From: Phycisphaerae bacterium
Lineage (GTDB): Bacteria > Planctomycetota > Phycisphaerae > UBA1845 > Fen-1342
DNA length: 64,000 nucleotides
Direction: 5' to 3'
NCBI GenBank assembly: GCA_963675745.2
Contig: CAXXWX010000026.1
Location: 256,001-320,000 of the forward strand
The translations under genes and the position numbers were made by a program. Of the stretch, positions 29,860 through 40,276 are shown in pieces. A model generated the notes under the pieces. The model saw nothing but the letters and a program-made list of their open reading frames with translations, made no database searches and was not told where the DNA came from. Position 1 is the stretch's first letter, and every line of letters starts with the position of its first letter.

Positions 29860-32214
29860 TCAGTGCCAGCCAGCCTGATCGATCCGCACGAAGCGATACC
29901 CCCGCATCGCCAATGCCCGCAGCAACGGGCCGACCTGCGTGTGCATCTTGTCCACCCGCTGTGAGCCCAGGTGCAGCAGCAGAATAAAGCCGTTGAGCCC
30001 GTTGTCGGCAGACTCCTCGAAGGCCAGGATGTCGTGCTGGATTTGCTCGGACGACACCCAACGCGCGTCCGTCTCCGGGATCCAATCGCGATTCGAGCCG
30101 CTGCCCGGCGTGAAGTTGAAGAGCGTCACACCCATCTCGCGCGACCAACGGACCTGATCCGCGTTGTACCACTCGTACGGCGGGATGAAAAACACGCGTT
30201 GCCCTGTCGGCAGGGCCCCAAGCCCGCGCAGTTGGCGAATGTTGCGCTCGAGGTCCGCAGCGAAATTCGCCCGCGTGACAAGCGTGTGTTCGCGATCTTC
30301 CCACGAGCAATACAGCGGATGCGCGTGGGAGTGCGGGCCGACGTAGTGCCCCTCAGCCGCCATGCGCCGGACAAGAGGTTGATACTCCTGTCGCGCGAGA
30401 TAATCACCGGTGACAAAGAACGCGGCCTTCGCGTTCAGCGCGCGGAGTGCGTCGAGAATCGGTTCGGTGCCTTCGCCGTGCTCGCCGCCGGTGAAGACAA
30501 GTGCAATCTGCTTCCGCGTGCTGTCTCCGCGAACCAGGGCCCCGTGATCATACGTATACGCCGGCCGCGCGGCGCACGCCGCCTCGTTCTCCCAAAGGTG
30601 CAAAAGCAGAAGCAGCGAGACCGTTCCGTCGATGATCGGCTCGTTGGTCGAAAAATCCTCGTAAACGTCGTGATAGACGGCGACGTCGGATTGAAACCGT
30701 GCTAGGCGGTCAGTGCCGAAGTCGGAGAATTTCAGTGAGTCATTGATATCCTTGTACACCGGGCCATCCACCAGACCACCGACCGGCAACAGGTCGGCCA
30801 GCTTGTGGCACAGGTGGTGCGGCCGGCTGGCAGCGACATCAGTGGTCGGTACGCCGATGACGAAGCTAATGCCCCACGGGTTTCGTCCGAAGATCCAGTC
30901 GCGCGCCTCGGTTGCCAACCCGCGATAGGTGCTGTCGCCCGTCATCTGCTCGTAGAGCACGGCCTGTGTCGCGAAGGCGATGACGTCGTTGGTCGAGCAC
31001 CACACCAGCGGCGTGCCCAGCCGATAGGGGTTTCGCTCGGCGCGGGCGCGGACGCGCTCCAGTCCCTTCCGATAGAACGCCGCCAGTTCCGCCTGCGTTT
31101 GGGGCTCGACCAGTTCATGGAGCCGCCAGTGCGCGAGGTTCACATAGGGGAAGAACTCGTAGTGCCCGTGGCGTTCCATTCCCATCCACTGGCTGGCCCC
31201 GGCCCGCCGCGCGTGGGCCACGGCCTCGCGCAGGTAGCGCGGGTCGTTCGTCGCGCGGTAAAGCTCCGTCGCCGCCCATTGCAGGTCATCGTGATAGGTG
31301 CTCTCGCCGTAGTAATACGGGGCGCGCACGGGCACCGACATGGCGCAACCGGGATGGGCCAGGCCAAGTTGGTACAGTGACTTCGCATGCTCGACATCAC
31401 CGTCCAGCGCAAGCGCCGCGGCACAGCGTCCCGCAAGGCTGGCGAGCCCGCTGGATGCGTTCTTGTGCTTGGGGCCCTCGGGCGCACCGGTCGCCCGCCA
31501 CGCCGAACGCGGCCCGCCCGGCCCCCAGCCGTAGTCGCTCTGATCCGTGTGCCAGAGTGTCTCCGGCGGCATATGGTCGCGGTCATCACCGATCTGCACA
31601 TAGAGCGTTTCGCTGTCGGGATGAATTCGCCGCAAAAGATCGGCGCCGTACGCCGCCTCGTCGGTCGCGCCGGCCAGCTTCAGCGCAGCCACACAGTACG
31701 ACGTGGTGATCATGTGTTTGAGGCGATCGGCGGCGTCGTGCCAGCCGCCGACGAGATTGACGTGTTTCTCCGTCTCTGTGTCGAGCGCATCCTGTTGATG
31801 GCACTTCTTGCCGGTAATGGGGTTGTCGCCGCAGCGCTGCAACCGCATGAAATAGAGCAGCTTCGCCGGAACCTGCGCATACGCGTCGGCGCCGATGTGA
31901 ATCTCGGGTGAGACGGTATCACCGACACGCAGCCGGTAGCTGCCGGGCGTGCGCAGCGCGCTGAAGTCGAGCCGGTAGTTGTGCGCAAACGGCCCCCACG
32001 GCCCTTGGTCGTCGCCGATTTCGCCCGAGAACCCGCCGACCGTGAAGCGCCCGGCGAACGTCTCGTCACTCGACAGCACTGCGATCTTCGTATCGCCGGG
32101 CAGGTAGCCGACATGATTCACGCGAATCCAGGCGTGCTGCGGCTCATCGGTGGCGATCGCCGGTGCAACGGCCCCCCCAAACACCAGCGCGAGCAGAATC
32201 GAAATGCGCTTCAC
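29860..32214 (-). CDS. Secreted GH9 glycoside hydrolase fused to C-terminal polysaccharide deacetylase (CE4/NodB)
   Basis: RVNHVGY Ig-like start, GGWHDAAD, GRNPWG, PHH and D.STNEP (GH9); then IALVFTG, HSHAHP, PPYEW and LLH (NodB). Confidence 0.9.
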   Translation of the reverse strand: MKRISILLALVFGGAVAPAIATDEPQHAWIRVNHVGYLPGDTKIAVLSSDETFAGRFTVGGFSGEIGDDQGPWGPFAHNYRLDFSALRTPGSYRLRVGDTVSPEIHIGADAYAQVPAKLLYFMRLQRCGDNPITGKKCHQQDALDTETEKHVNLVGGWHDAADRLKHMITTSYCVAALKLAGATDEAAYGADLLRRIHPDSETLYVQIGDDRDHMPPETLWHTDQSDYGWGPGGPRSAWRATGAPEGPKHKNASSGLASLAGRCAAALALDGDVEHAKSLYQLGLAHPGCAMSVPVRAPYYYGESTYHDDLQWAATELYRATNDPRYLREAVAHARRAGASQWMGMERHGHYEFFPYVNLAHWRLHELVEPQTQAELAAFYRKGLERVRARAERNPYRLGTPLVWCSTNDVIAFATQAVLYEQMTGDSTYRGLATEARDWIFGRNPWGISFVIGVPTTDVAASRPHHLCHKLADLLPVGGLVDGPVYKDINDSLKFSDFGTDRLARFQSDVAVYHDVYEDFSTNEPIIDGTVSLLLLLHLWENEAACAARPAYTYDHGALVRGDSTRKQIALVFTGGEHGEGTEPILDALRALNAKAAFFVTGDYLARQEYQPLVRRMAAEGHYVGPHSHAHPLYCSWEDREHTLVTRANFAADLERNIRQLRGLGALPTGQRVFFIPPYEWYNADQVRWSREMGVTLFNFTPGSGSNRDWIPETDARWVSSEQIQHDILAFEESADNGLNGFILLLHLGSQRVDKMHTQVGPLLRALAMRGYRFVRIDQAGWH

Positions 32215-32469
32215 GGCGGTCTCCAGTCAGGTGCGAAACACTGTCCGGCCAATAGCCAGCCATGTGTCGCGATGCCGCGTGAGAGTTCTCATCTATCGAG
32301 CCTCGATCGGTTACCTTATCCGAACAACCGCGTGCCCCCAAGCAGGCAGCGCGGGATCTGGTAGGATGGCTGAAACTGGTCGATGCTCCACTGATCCTCG
32401 TTCAGACAGGCTGGCGGAATGGTCATGGCGGGACTCACGTGCGGTGTGCGGATTGGGGGCTGGTGGGCG

Positions 32470-34815
32470 ATGCGCGCCGCGGTTGTCGCGGCGCTGACAT
32501 TGCCGACTATCGCCGGATGCACGCCATTGCGCCATCAACAGCAGCGCGGGCGCTCTGAGGGTGCGGGTGTTCAAGCACGCGGCGGTGCGCGGCCACTCAC
32601 TTGGGATGCCGCGGCTAATCGCGTCATCGGTCAGGCGGACATGTCGCACCCGTTCGCCAATCGCCCCGATGCGCGCGGGCTGTTTCGGCCGGTGGCGGTC
32701 GCGGTAGATGCCAGCACGACGCCCTATCGACTGTGGGTCACCGACGCCGGCAACCACCGCGTGCTCGGCTATTCACAGCCCAGCCAGCCGGATCGGATGA
32801 TCAGCGCAGACCTCCTGCTCGGCCAAGCCGACGCTCTCGGGGCGTTCAGTGATGAGACGGCGGCCGCGCGCGACAGGCTGCTCGACCCGAGCGGTCTGAC
32901 TTCCGCGGGCACAGGCGACTTGTGGGTTGCCGATGCTGGTCACAATCGCGTTCTGCGCTTCAATCGACCATTCGAGACCGACGTGCTGGCCGACTACGTG
33001 TACGGGCAAGCAGGTTCGTTCGACACGCTCGGCGCAAATCAGGGAGGTCTCTCGGCCAATTCGCTAGCCGAGCCGCGCGGCATGTGCATTGCCCCCAACG
33101 GCGACAGATGGATCGCCGACACCGGCAATCATCGTGTGCTGCGTTATCACATGCACTCTGGCCGCACAACCACGGCGGCCAATGTAGTCGGGCAACCGGA
33201 CATGTGCTCCGGACAAAGCGACGCCGAGCGACCATCGCGCCTCACGCTGCACTACCCCGCGGCGGTCGCCGCCAGTGGTGAGTACCTTTACGTCGCCGAC
33301 ACTGGATATGCCCGCATGCTGGTCTACCAGGACGCACCCTTCACCCCACTTCCGACGCACGTATACGGTCAGAACGGTTTGTTCGATACGGCGGAAGTTG
33401 GTTGCTCACCGTATCGCCTCGCCGGCCCGACGGCGCTCGCCGCGCTGCCTGACGGCCGCTTTCTGGTGGCCGACACGCCCAACCACCGCGTGCTGCTGTT
33501 TGACCGGCCGGGCTCGCTGAATCAGCAACCATTGGCGCTGTGGGGCCAGGGTAGTGATCTGCACCGTGGCGTGCCCAATCGCGGCGGTGTGGGCGCGGGT
33601 TCGCTTCACTCACCCATGGGCATCGCCGTCGCCCCCGACAACACACTCTGGCTGGCCGATCGCGACAACAATCGCGTGCTGGGATTCCTCGGCGGCATCG
33701 ATGGCGACCGAGAGGCCGACATCGTCATCGGCCAGATGGACATGAACCACGCGACGCCCAATTTCGTTGACGGCCTCGGTTTGTCAGAGCCGCGCGATGT
33801 GGCGCTTGACCGCTCGAGCCGCCCCAATCGGCTTTACATCTGCGACCGCGACAACAACCGCATCCTCGCATACGCCAACGCGGCGGCTGCCGACCACGAC
33901 ACACCCGCCGACCTGGTTATCGGCCAGCCCGATGCACACTCGAATCAAGCCGGCGTCGGGAGGACCGCGCTTTGCCGACCGAACGCTCTGGCCGTGGACC
34001 ATGATGGCAATCTGTTCGTCGCGGACAGCGACAACAATCGCGTGCTGCGCTTCGATGATCCGTTTGGCACCGATGTCGTGGCCGACGGCATCCTTGGTCA
34101 ACCGACATACGATGACAACGCGCCAAATCCGGCGGGCGCAAGTGCGCGGACGCTGCACCGGCCCAGCGGGCTGGCTATCGACGCCGCCGGCAACCTCTAC
34201 GTGGCCGACACGCGCAACCATCGCGTGCTGCGGTTCGATCGGCCCGTCGTGTCGGACGATGTGGCTGATGCGGTCTGGGGGCAGGCGGGCCGATACGACA
34301 CCGGCCGCGAGAACGGTGGCGGCGGACCGCGCGCCGACACGTTCTCATACCCGATGGGGCTCGACATCGATGCCCGGGGGCGCCTGGCTGTTGCGGACAC
34401 GGCGAACCATCGCGTGTTGCTGTTTGACACGCGCGCGGCTGATCCGCTGACCGCCAGGCGCGTGATCGGCCAGGCCGGCGCGTTTGACCAGGCCCGCGAT
34501 AACCGAGGTGGCTGCTCGGCGGAGAGCCTCAGCGGGCCCGAAGACGTCCGGTTTGTCGCAGGTGGCCTGCTGGTGGCAGACACGGCCAATTGCCGCGTTC
34601 TCTACTACGCGAATCCGCTCAGAGACAATGTGGCGGCCGGCTTTGTCTTCGGGCAAGAGGGCCGCTTCGACCGTGGCAACCGACCGCTCAACGCCACAAA
34701 CGCGCATCGACTCTGGTTCCCGTCCGGCATGGACCTCGACACCGCCGGACGACTGTACGTAGCCGACCGCGGGCACAACCGCGTGCTGGTGTACGACGCT
34801 ATCGGGCGTCGATAG
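32470..34815 (+). CDS. NHL-repeat beta-propeller protein, probable lipoprotein
   Basis: About 12 repeats of L..P.G......L.VAD..N.RVL.F with GQ..F spacers; lipobox-like IAGC. Start uncertain (32419-32470). Confidence 0.88.
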   Translation: MRAAVVAALTLPTIAGCTPLRHQQQRGRSEGAGVQARGGARPLTWDAAANRVIGQADMSHPFANRPDARGLFRPVAVAVDASTTPYRLWVTDAGNHRVLGYSQPSQPDRMISADLLLGQADALGAFSDETAAARDRLLDPSGLTSAGTGDLWVADAGHNRVLRFNRPFETDVLADYVYGQAGSFDTLGANQGGLSANSLAEPRGMCIAPNGDRWIADTGNHRVLRYHMHSGRTTTAANVVGQPDMCSGQSDAERPSRLTLHYPAAVAASGEYLYVADTGYARMLVYQDAPFTPLPTHVYGQNGLFDTAEVGCSPYRLAGPTALAALPDGRFLVADTPNHRVLLFDRPGSLNQQPLALWGQGSDLHRGVPNRGGVGAGSLHSPMGIAVAPDNTLWLADRDNNRVLGFLGGIDGDREADIVIGQMDMNHATPNFVDGLGLSEPRDVALDRSSRPNRLYICDRDNNRILAYANAAAADHDTPADLVIGQPDAHSNQAGVGRTALCRPNALAVDHDGNLFVADSDNNRVLRFDDPFGTDVVADGILGQPTYDDNAPNPAGASARTLHRPSGLAIDAAGNLYVADTRNHRVLRFDRPVVSDDVADAVWGQAGRYDTGRENGGGGPRADTFSYPMGLDIDARGRLAVADTANHRVLLFDTRAADPLTARRVIGQAGAFDQARDNRGGCSAESLSGPEDVRFVAGGLLVADTANCRVLYYANPLRDNVAAGFVFGQEGRFDRGNRPLNATNAHRLWFPSGMDLDTAGRLYVADRGHNRVLVYDAIGRR

Positions 34816-34830
34816 CTGCCATCCCCGAGT

Positions 34831-34924
34831 TGTGGCACTGGTTTATAACCAGTGGGGGGCCCCACCGGTGTGGCACTGGTTTATAACCAGTGGTGGGCTC
34901 CACCGGTTTCAAACCGGTGCCACA
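34831..34924. repeat. REP-like palindromic cluster (2 direct copies plus 1 inverted variant)
   Basis: TGTGGCACTGGTTTATAACCAGTGG at 34831 and 34869; CACCGGTTTCAAACCGGTGCCACA at 34901. Confidence 0.8.
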
Positions 34925-35037
34925 GGGCTTTGCAGACAGCTTCTGAACACCTACGGGCGCAGGCCGTCACGTGGTCCGCCACGTCGGGCCCGTGACAGCA
35001 TCGGCGGCGCAACCGCCCGATCCTGCCGCGTGGTCTG

Positions 35038-35218
35038 CCCCGCAGGGGCATCTGAATATAGCCCAGCACGCAGTGCTGGGATCGGTTGCCGGCGCGAACA
35101 ATCCAGTCCCGCCAGGGACGACTGAGCCTTCAGCCGTCCCTGACGGGACTGCCTCCGTCGGTGGCCACGATGACCCCAGCACTTCGTACCGGGCTATGTT
35201 CATTCTGTCACTGCGGGA
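35038..35218. repeat. About 180-bp nested inverted-repeat element (REPIN/MITE-like)
   Basis: Outer arm CCCCGCAGGGGCATCTGAATATAGCCCAGCACGCAGTGCTGGG pairs imperfectly with CCCAGCACTTCGTACCGGGCTATGTTCATTCTGTCACTGCGGGA; inner hairpin AGTCCCGCCAGGGACGACTGA/TCAGCCGTCCCTGACGGGACT. Confidence 0.7.
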
Positions 35219-35365
35219 CGCCCACCGCGACGAATCCGCCATTCGTGTCACGCACCCCGCCGCGCCAGGAGCGGATCGCGGGCGTTTATCCCGCGTGTCG
35301 ATTCAGTTACACTGGAGACTGGTGCACAGAGGCACATCTACCCCCGCCCAGGAGGTGATCGAAGC

Positions 35366-38044
35366 ATGGCTACTCGTCTACCCGGAATCCCAAGCACCGT
35401 TCTTGTAATCACGCTGAGCGGATTACTGGCCACCGGCACCGCGCCGTCGCTCGCCGACCCCGGCTACTCGGATCAACTCGCGGTCCCGCAGATTGTCCAT
35501 CCGGATCGCCTGGAGTTGGAGAGCGCGTTCGCGCAGGCGGCGGATGACTACGGCGTACCGGTCGAGCTCTTGCACGCCGTCGCGTTTGTCGAGTCCCGCT
35601 GGGTACACAGCGGCCCGACCATCGACCAGGGCTACGGCATCATGCACCTGGTCGACAACGGCACCGCACGCACGCTGCTCGAAGCCGCCGACGTCTCAGG
35701 ATATTCGGTTGAGGCACTCCAGACCGACGCGATTGCAAACATCCACGGCGGTGCCGCCCTGATTGCACACTACGCCGACGAGACGGTTGGCAAGCCCACG
35801 TCGTTGGAAGACTACTGGGACGCCCTCCTGCTGTTCACGGGCCTTGACGAAGACGTGCGCGAAAAGCAGGTCGCCGAGTACTACTACGTGCTCGCCGATG
35901 GCGCCAAGGCGCGCAACAGCCTGGGCATGACGATCGAGCTACCGGCGGTCGATGAGCTGATCGATATCAGCGATCGCCTCACGCCGGTGGTACCGGCGCG
36001 CTCGACCGACTACCCCCCCGCCATCTGGGATCCCGCGCACTCGTCCAATTACTCCACCGGGCGTTCGGCGGCCATCGACCGTTGGGTCAACCACTGGGTC
36101 GGCGTCGGCACATACGCCGGGGCGATCTCGTGGTTCAAGAACGCCAGCTCAAACGTCAGCGCCCACTTCGTGATTCGTCAGGTCGATGGTGAATTGACCC
36201 AGATGGTGAGAATCGCCGACACCGCCTGGCACTGCGGCTCGTGGAATTCGCGCTCGATCGGCATCGAGCACGAGGCCACGCCGGACTACCCCTGGCCCAC
36301 CAGCTACTCGGCACCGATGCTGGTCGAGTCGGCGACGTGTTGTGCGTACTTCTGCGACCTTTACGGCATCCCGAAGACGCGCACCTACATCGTCGGTCAC
36401 AACGAGGTGCCGGGATCATCGACCGCCTGCCCCGGGCCGTTGCCGTGGGATATTTACATGGACCTGGTCAATGGTATCACGCCGGGACCGCAGTTCACGA
36501 ACGCCTTGGCCAACGGCGGATTCGAAAGCGGCTTCACCAGTTGGGTTGAAGGCGGGAACACCACGTATCAAATCCTGACCAGCGGGGCCCATGGCGGCAG
36601 CCAGGCCTGCCGCTTCTATGACAGCAGCGCCGGATACGCCACCATCTGGCAGAACCCGTATGAATCTTCCGGCACGACCTGGCGTACCACCTGCTGGGCC
36701 TACTATCAGCCCGGTATGACCAGTACGGAGTTTGGATTCAAGGATCAGTCAGGCAACACGGAAGCCTCAACACCGATCACATCCACCGGCTGGCAGTTCT
36801 ACTCGGTGGACTGGCTGGTGGCCGACGACATTGACACGCAGGCCTGGGGCACCGGGTCGGCCGGCGTCGTGATTGACGATGTACGCTGCGGCCCCGCCAG
36901 CAAGATGAACTGGATCACCAACTGGATCTGGAACGGCCCACACGCCGCGGATATTGAAACCGACTATTTCGCCGGCGATGGCGGCGAAACCAACATCTAC
37001 CCCGACCCCGGCGACTCGCACGGCGGATATACCTGGACAACACTCTCACAACCCGACGGCTTCATCAATCTCGACGAGGCCCTGGGCGGTGATGCGAGTT
37101 CGTGCGTCACGTATGCCCATGTCTACGTCATCGCCGACACGGCCAAGACCGGCGTCAATCTGCTGGTCGGGGCCGACGACGGCATAAAGGTGTTTCTCAA
37201 TGGCGTCGCCGTCCACACCAACGACGCCGCCAGCTCTCATGACTACTTCAACCCCGACGAAGACGTGATCAGCGGCCTGACGCTCAACGCCGGCGAGAAC
37301 CGGCTGATGATCAAGGTGCGCGAAGCGACCGGCAGCTACTCCTTCTCGGCGCGGTTGTGCGACAACGACGGCTTCGCGATCAGCGGCCTGTCTTACTCCG
37401 TCACCGGCAGCGGCGCCCCCGTGTCGGATATCATCGTCGAGAGCCGCTCCGGCGGGCAGAACTACGCCTGGTACTCGGAAGAAGGCGAGTGGGCCGACAG
37501 CGCCGCCACTAGCTCCGCGGCTGGAATAACGCCCGGCATCGGCGCGCGTTACGGCTCAACCTATCGCTCTGTCGCGGGTTTGAAGCGCGCGTATTACGAG
37601 CCAGACATCGGCGTCGCCGGCACGTGGCAGGTCTATGTCACGTGGCCGGCCGGAGCGAACCGCCGCAGCCCGATTCTCCACCGCATCTACCACGCCGACG
37701 GTTACGCCGACCACAACGTGGACCAATCGGTGAATGAAAACACGTGGTATTCGCTGGGCACGTACAGCTTCGGCTCGGGCTTTGGGGCGGCGGTGCGAAT
37801 CTCGAACGACAACATCGACGAGTCCGGCAGCATGTACACATCCGCCGTCAAGTATGTGTTCGTGATGGCCGACGCGCTCGCGGATTTCCACGCTTTCGCT
37901 ACCGCCATGGCCGGCCCCGATGTGCTGACGCCGCCGGCAAACTGCGGCGAGGTTCAGTTCGTCGAGTCAGACGAAGACAGCGATGGCGACGTGGATACCA
38001 CCGATTTCGCCGTCTTTCAGGCCGAGTTCAGCCCCGGCGAGTGA
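35366..38044 (+). CDS. Secreted multidomain N-acetylmuramoyl-L-alanine amidase (lysozyme-like N-domain, Amidase_2, CBM/PA14/golvesin-like domains, EF-hand/dockerin-like tail)
   Basis: YGVPVELL.AVAFVESRW; SAHFVI, AWHCG..N.RSIGIEHE, GH.EV and T.CPG; NGGFE; GADDGIKVFLNG; tail DEDSDGDVD..DFAVFQ. Confidence 0.9.
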   Translation: MATRLPGIPSTVLVITLSGLLATGTAPSLADPGYSDQLAVPQIVHPDRLELESAFAQAADDYGVPVELLHAVAFVESRWVHSGPTIDQGYGIMHLVDNGTARTLLEAADVSGYSVEALQTDAIANIHGGAALIAHYADETVGKPTSLEDYWDALLLFTGLDEDVREKQVAEYYYVLADGAKARNSLGMTIELPAVDELIDISDRLTPVVPARSTDYPPAIWDPAHSSNYSTGRSAAIDRWVNHWVGVGTYAGAISWFKNASSNVSAHFVIRQVDGELTQMVRIADTAWHCGSWNSRSIGIEHEATPDYPWPTSYSAPMLVESATCCAYFCDLYGIPKTRTYIVGHNEVPGSSTACPGPLPWDIYMDLVNGITPGPQFTNALANGGFESGFTSWVEGGNTTYQILTSGAHGGSQACRFYDSSAGYATIWQNPYESSGTTWRTTCWAYYQPGMTSTEFGFKDQSGNTEASTPITSTGWQFYSVDWLVADDIDTQAWGTGSAGVVIDDVRCGPASKMNWITNWIWNGPHAADIETDYFAGDGGETNIYPDPGDSHGGYTWTTLSQPDGFINLDEALGGDASSCVTYAHVYVIADTAKTGVNLLVGADDGIKVFLNGVAVHTNDAASSHDYFNPDEDVISGLTLNAGENRLMIKVREATGSYSFSARLCDNDGFAISGLSYSVTGSGAPVSDIIVESRSGGQNYAWYSEEGEWADSAATSSAAGITPGIGARYGSTYRSVAGLKRAYYEPDIGVAGTWQVYVTWPAGANRRSPILHRIYHADGYADHNVDQSVNENTWYSLGTYSFGSGFGAAVRISNDNIDESGSMYTSAVKYVFVMADALADFHAFATAMAGPDVLTPPANCGEVQFVESDEDSDGDVDTTDFAVFQAEFSPGE

Positions 38045-38088
38045 CTTGGCGCCACCCGCGCATGGTGAGCCAGCGAGCGGCGTTCCCA

Positions 38089-39154
38089 TCAGGAGCCGGT
38101 GAATAAATGTTGAAACTCCGCGACGTCGGCAATGTCGGCGTCGCCGTCCGCCAGCAGGTCCGCGCTCTCACAGCCGGGTGCGGGGACCACGTCCGGCCCC
38201 GCCAGACAATCCGCCAGAATCGCGAAGTCATCGCCGTCCATGTCTCCATCGCTGTCCAGGTCGCCGGGTTCGGGGACGCGCTCGTAGTAGTAGATGGGCT
38301 GGGATGAGCCTTCGCTAACGGTGTAATAGCCGCGGCCCAGGCCGTGAAAGCCGATGGCCTCGCCCTGCGGTTCGGTAGCCAGCGGGACATCAAACGCGGT
38401 CTGGGCGAACGCATCCCACAAGTCGGTCCCCGGCGGGCGGCGCCAGAGTGACGCGTTGTTGTAGCCGCGCACCAGGATCTCGCCGCCGTTCGGCGAAATA
38501 TCTCCGCCGGTAGCCCAGCCCCACGGCAGCGACGCGCGATACTCCATCACGATCGTCTGGCTGGTTGATTGCGGGTACGCCGCGCGATACAGCCGTGACG
38601 GCGTCTCGCGTTTGCTGACGATGTACAAATCCGCGGTCGCCGGATCGACGAACAGCGTCTCGGCGTCGCGCGGACCGTCCGGGTACTGGAGCGTGATTGT
38701 GGCCACGCCCGACAGGTTGACGTTTACGGGCGTCTGTGACGAGACTGACCGCCGGCTCGGGCACGCGGTATACGCGGATGGTGGAGCGCACGGCGTTGTT
38801 GTCGCCGATGTCCCCGAGACATAAGTACGATTGCTCCGCCACCGGTCCCGGTCCAATCGCCATATCCTCCCAATCGGTGGCTGACGCGCCGATGAGGTTG
38901 TAGCTGCCCAGGTGCGTGCCCTGTTCGTTCATCGCGAAGACGCGCGCCGAGTCGCCGGAATCGTTGTGGACCCACAATACGCCGGGGTTCGCCCGGCTGG
39001 CGGCCAGTCCGGACGCCTCGTTGATGGAAGCATGCTCGATCGTGCCAACCTGCTGCGCGGGCAGGAATTGCGGCCCCTGTCCGGCGGCTCGCCCCAGCGT
39101 GCCACCAGCCACCAGGATCGTCGCCAGAATCACCATCCGCGCAGTGTGTCGCAT
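38089..39154 (-). CDS. Secreted beta-propeller-like protein with dockerin-like tail, split by a frameshift near 38740 (assembly error or pseudogene)
   Basis: 5' frame (signal peptide, EASGL, HNDSG, DWED, DIGDN..R) and 3' frame (YPDG..DAETL, TGGDIS, QGEAI, tail GDLDSDGD..DF..C.AGP) join into one coherent protein. Confidence 0.8.
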
Positions 39155-39327
39155 GGCGTCTTCCCAGCCTCCGCCGATGCTCGCCGAGAGCGCGAAAGAG
39201 CGCCCCGTGCGGCCGCTCACGCCGGCAAGCACACTAATTATACCGAGCTCACCGGGCTGGAGCGTAGTCCGGCGTTGTCACCGCCGCCTCGGCGGGCGGC
39301 TGTTTTAACGGATCGTGCGACACGTGC

Positions 39328-39768
39328 TCACGAAGGCAGCGGCTTTTTGACCATGAACTTGGCGGTCGCCGTAACCCGCACCTGGTCTGCCTGCCGCAGT
39401 TCAGCACGCATGGTAAACAGCGTCCGCTGCGCGCGCTCAATCCAGGCGCGCAACGTACACGCTTCACAACTCGTCACCGGGTGCCGGTAGCGCAAGCGCA
39501 GATCGGCGGTGACGCCGCAATGGCCCTGGGCGAACAGGCAGTTGGTCATGGCCGCATCCAGCAGCGTGGCGATGATGCCGCCGTGCAGCATGCCGTCATA
39601 GCCCTCCAGCGATGGGTCGGGTTGGAAGGTCGTCTGTACGCCGCCGTCGGAGGTCGACATGAAGCGCAGTCGCGGCGCGTGGCCGTTTGTGGTTCCGCAT
39701 GCGATGCAGTGAGCGTGTGCATCCCGGCGTGTGCGGTCAAGACGCTCCTGCAGAGCCTCAATGGTCAC
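39328..39768 (-). CDS. PaaI/hotdog-fold thioesterase
   Basis: H..CIACG..N and GY.GMLHGGIIATLLD.AM motifs. Confidence 0.9.
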   Translation of the reverse strand: MTIEALQERLDRTRRDAHAHCIACGTTNGHAPRLRFMSTSDGGVQTTFQPDPSLEGYDGMLHGGIIATLLDAAMTNCLFAQGHCGVTADLRLRYRHPVTSCEACTLRAWIERAQRTLFTMRAELRQADQVRVTATAKFMVKKPLPS

Positions 39769-40096
39769 AGGGATTCGCTCCCGCCTGAAGCGTACCGTCG
39801 AGAAACCCCGCGACAACGGCGTCCGCTGCGTCGGGCGGGGCGCCGATCACGACACGGATGCCGTGCTGCGTAAAGAGGTCCTGGGCACGGCGTCCCATGC
39901 CGCCGGCGATGATGACGTTCGCGCCTTGCTCGTGCAGCCAGCGTGGCAACAGCCCCGGTTCGTGGGGTGGTGCCGGCAGCGTCGTCTTGGCCTCAGTCGT
40001 CTTTCCGGATTCATCCACCTCGTAAAGGGCAAACTCCGTGCAATGGCCGAAGTGCGCGCTGACACATCCGTTGTCGATGGGGACTGCAATCTTCAT
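39758..40096 (-). CDS. NifB/NifX-family (COG1433) protein
   Basis: MKIAVP, HFGHC..F, PPHEPG, GGMG.RA and C-terminal NPCDH. Confidence 0.92.
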   Translation of the reverse strand: MKIAVPIDNGCVSAHFGHCTEFALYEVDESGKTTEAKTTLPAPPHEPGLLPRWLHEQGANVIIAGGMGRRAQDLFTQHGIRVVIGAPPDAADAVVAGFLDGTLQAGANPCDH

Positions 40097-40276
40097 GTGT
40101 GACTTCTCCACATTCAAGAAAGTGGTCGAAACAGCACCATGGTGAAACAACGTCTACTGCGAATCACGTCTACGCGTAGCGTCCGACCCCCGAGTCGGAC
40201 GTGTTTAGCCAGCCGGCATTCTCTCAAGGTCACGGCCGACTCGGGGATCGGCCACTACGCTATAAGGCAAAGCGCT

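Noticed and set aside
34831..34924. Possible mini-CRISPR (25-bp palindromic direct repeats)
   Set aside because: Only two direct copies, 13-nt spacers, an inverted third copy and no cas genes; fits REP-like elements.
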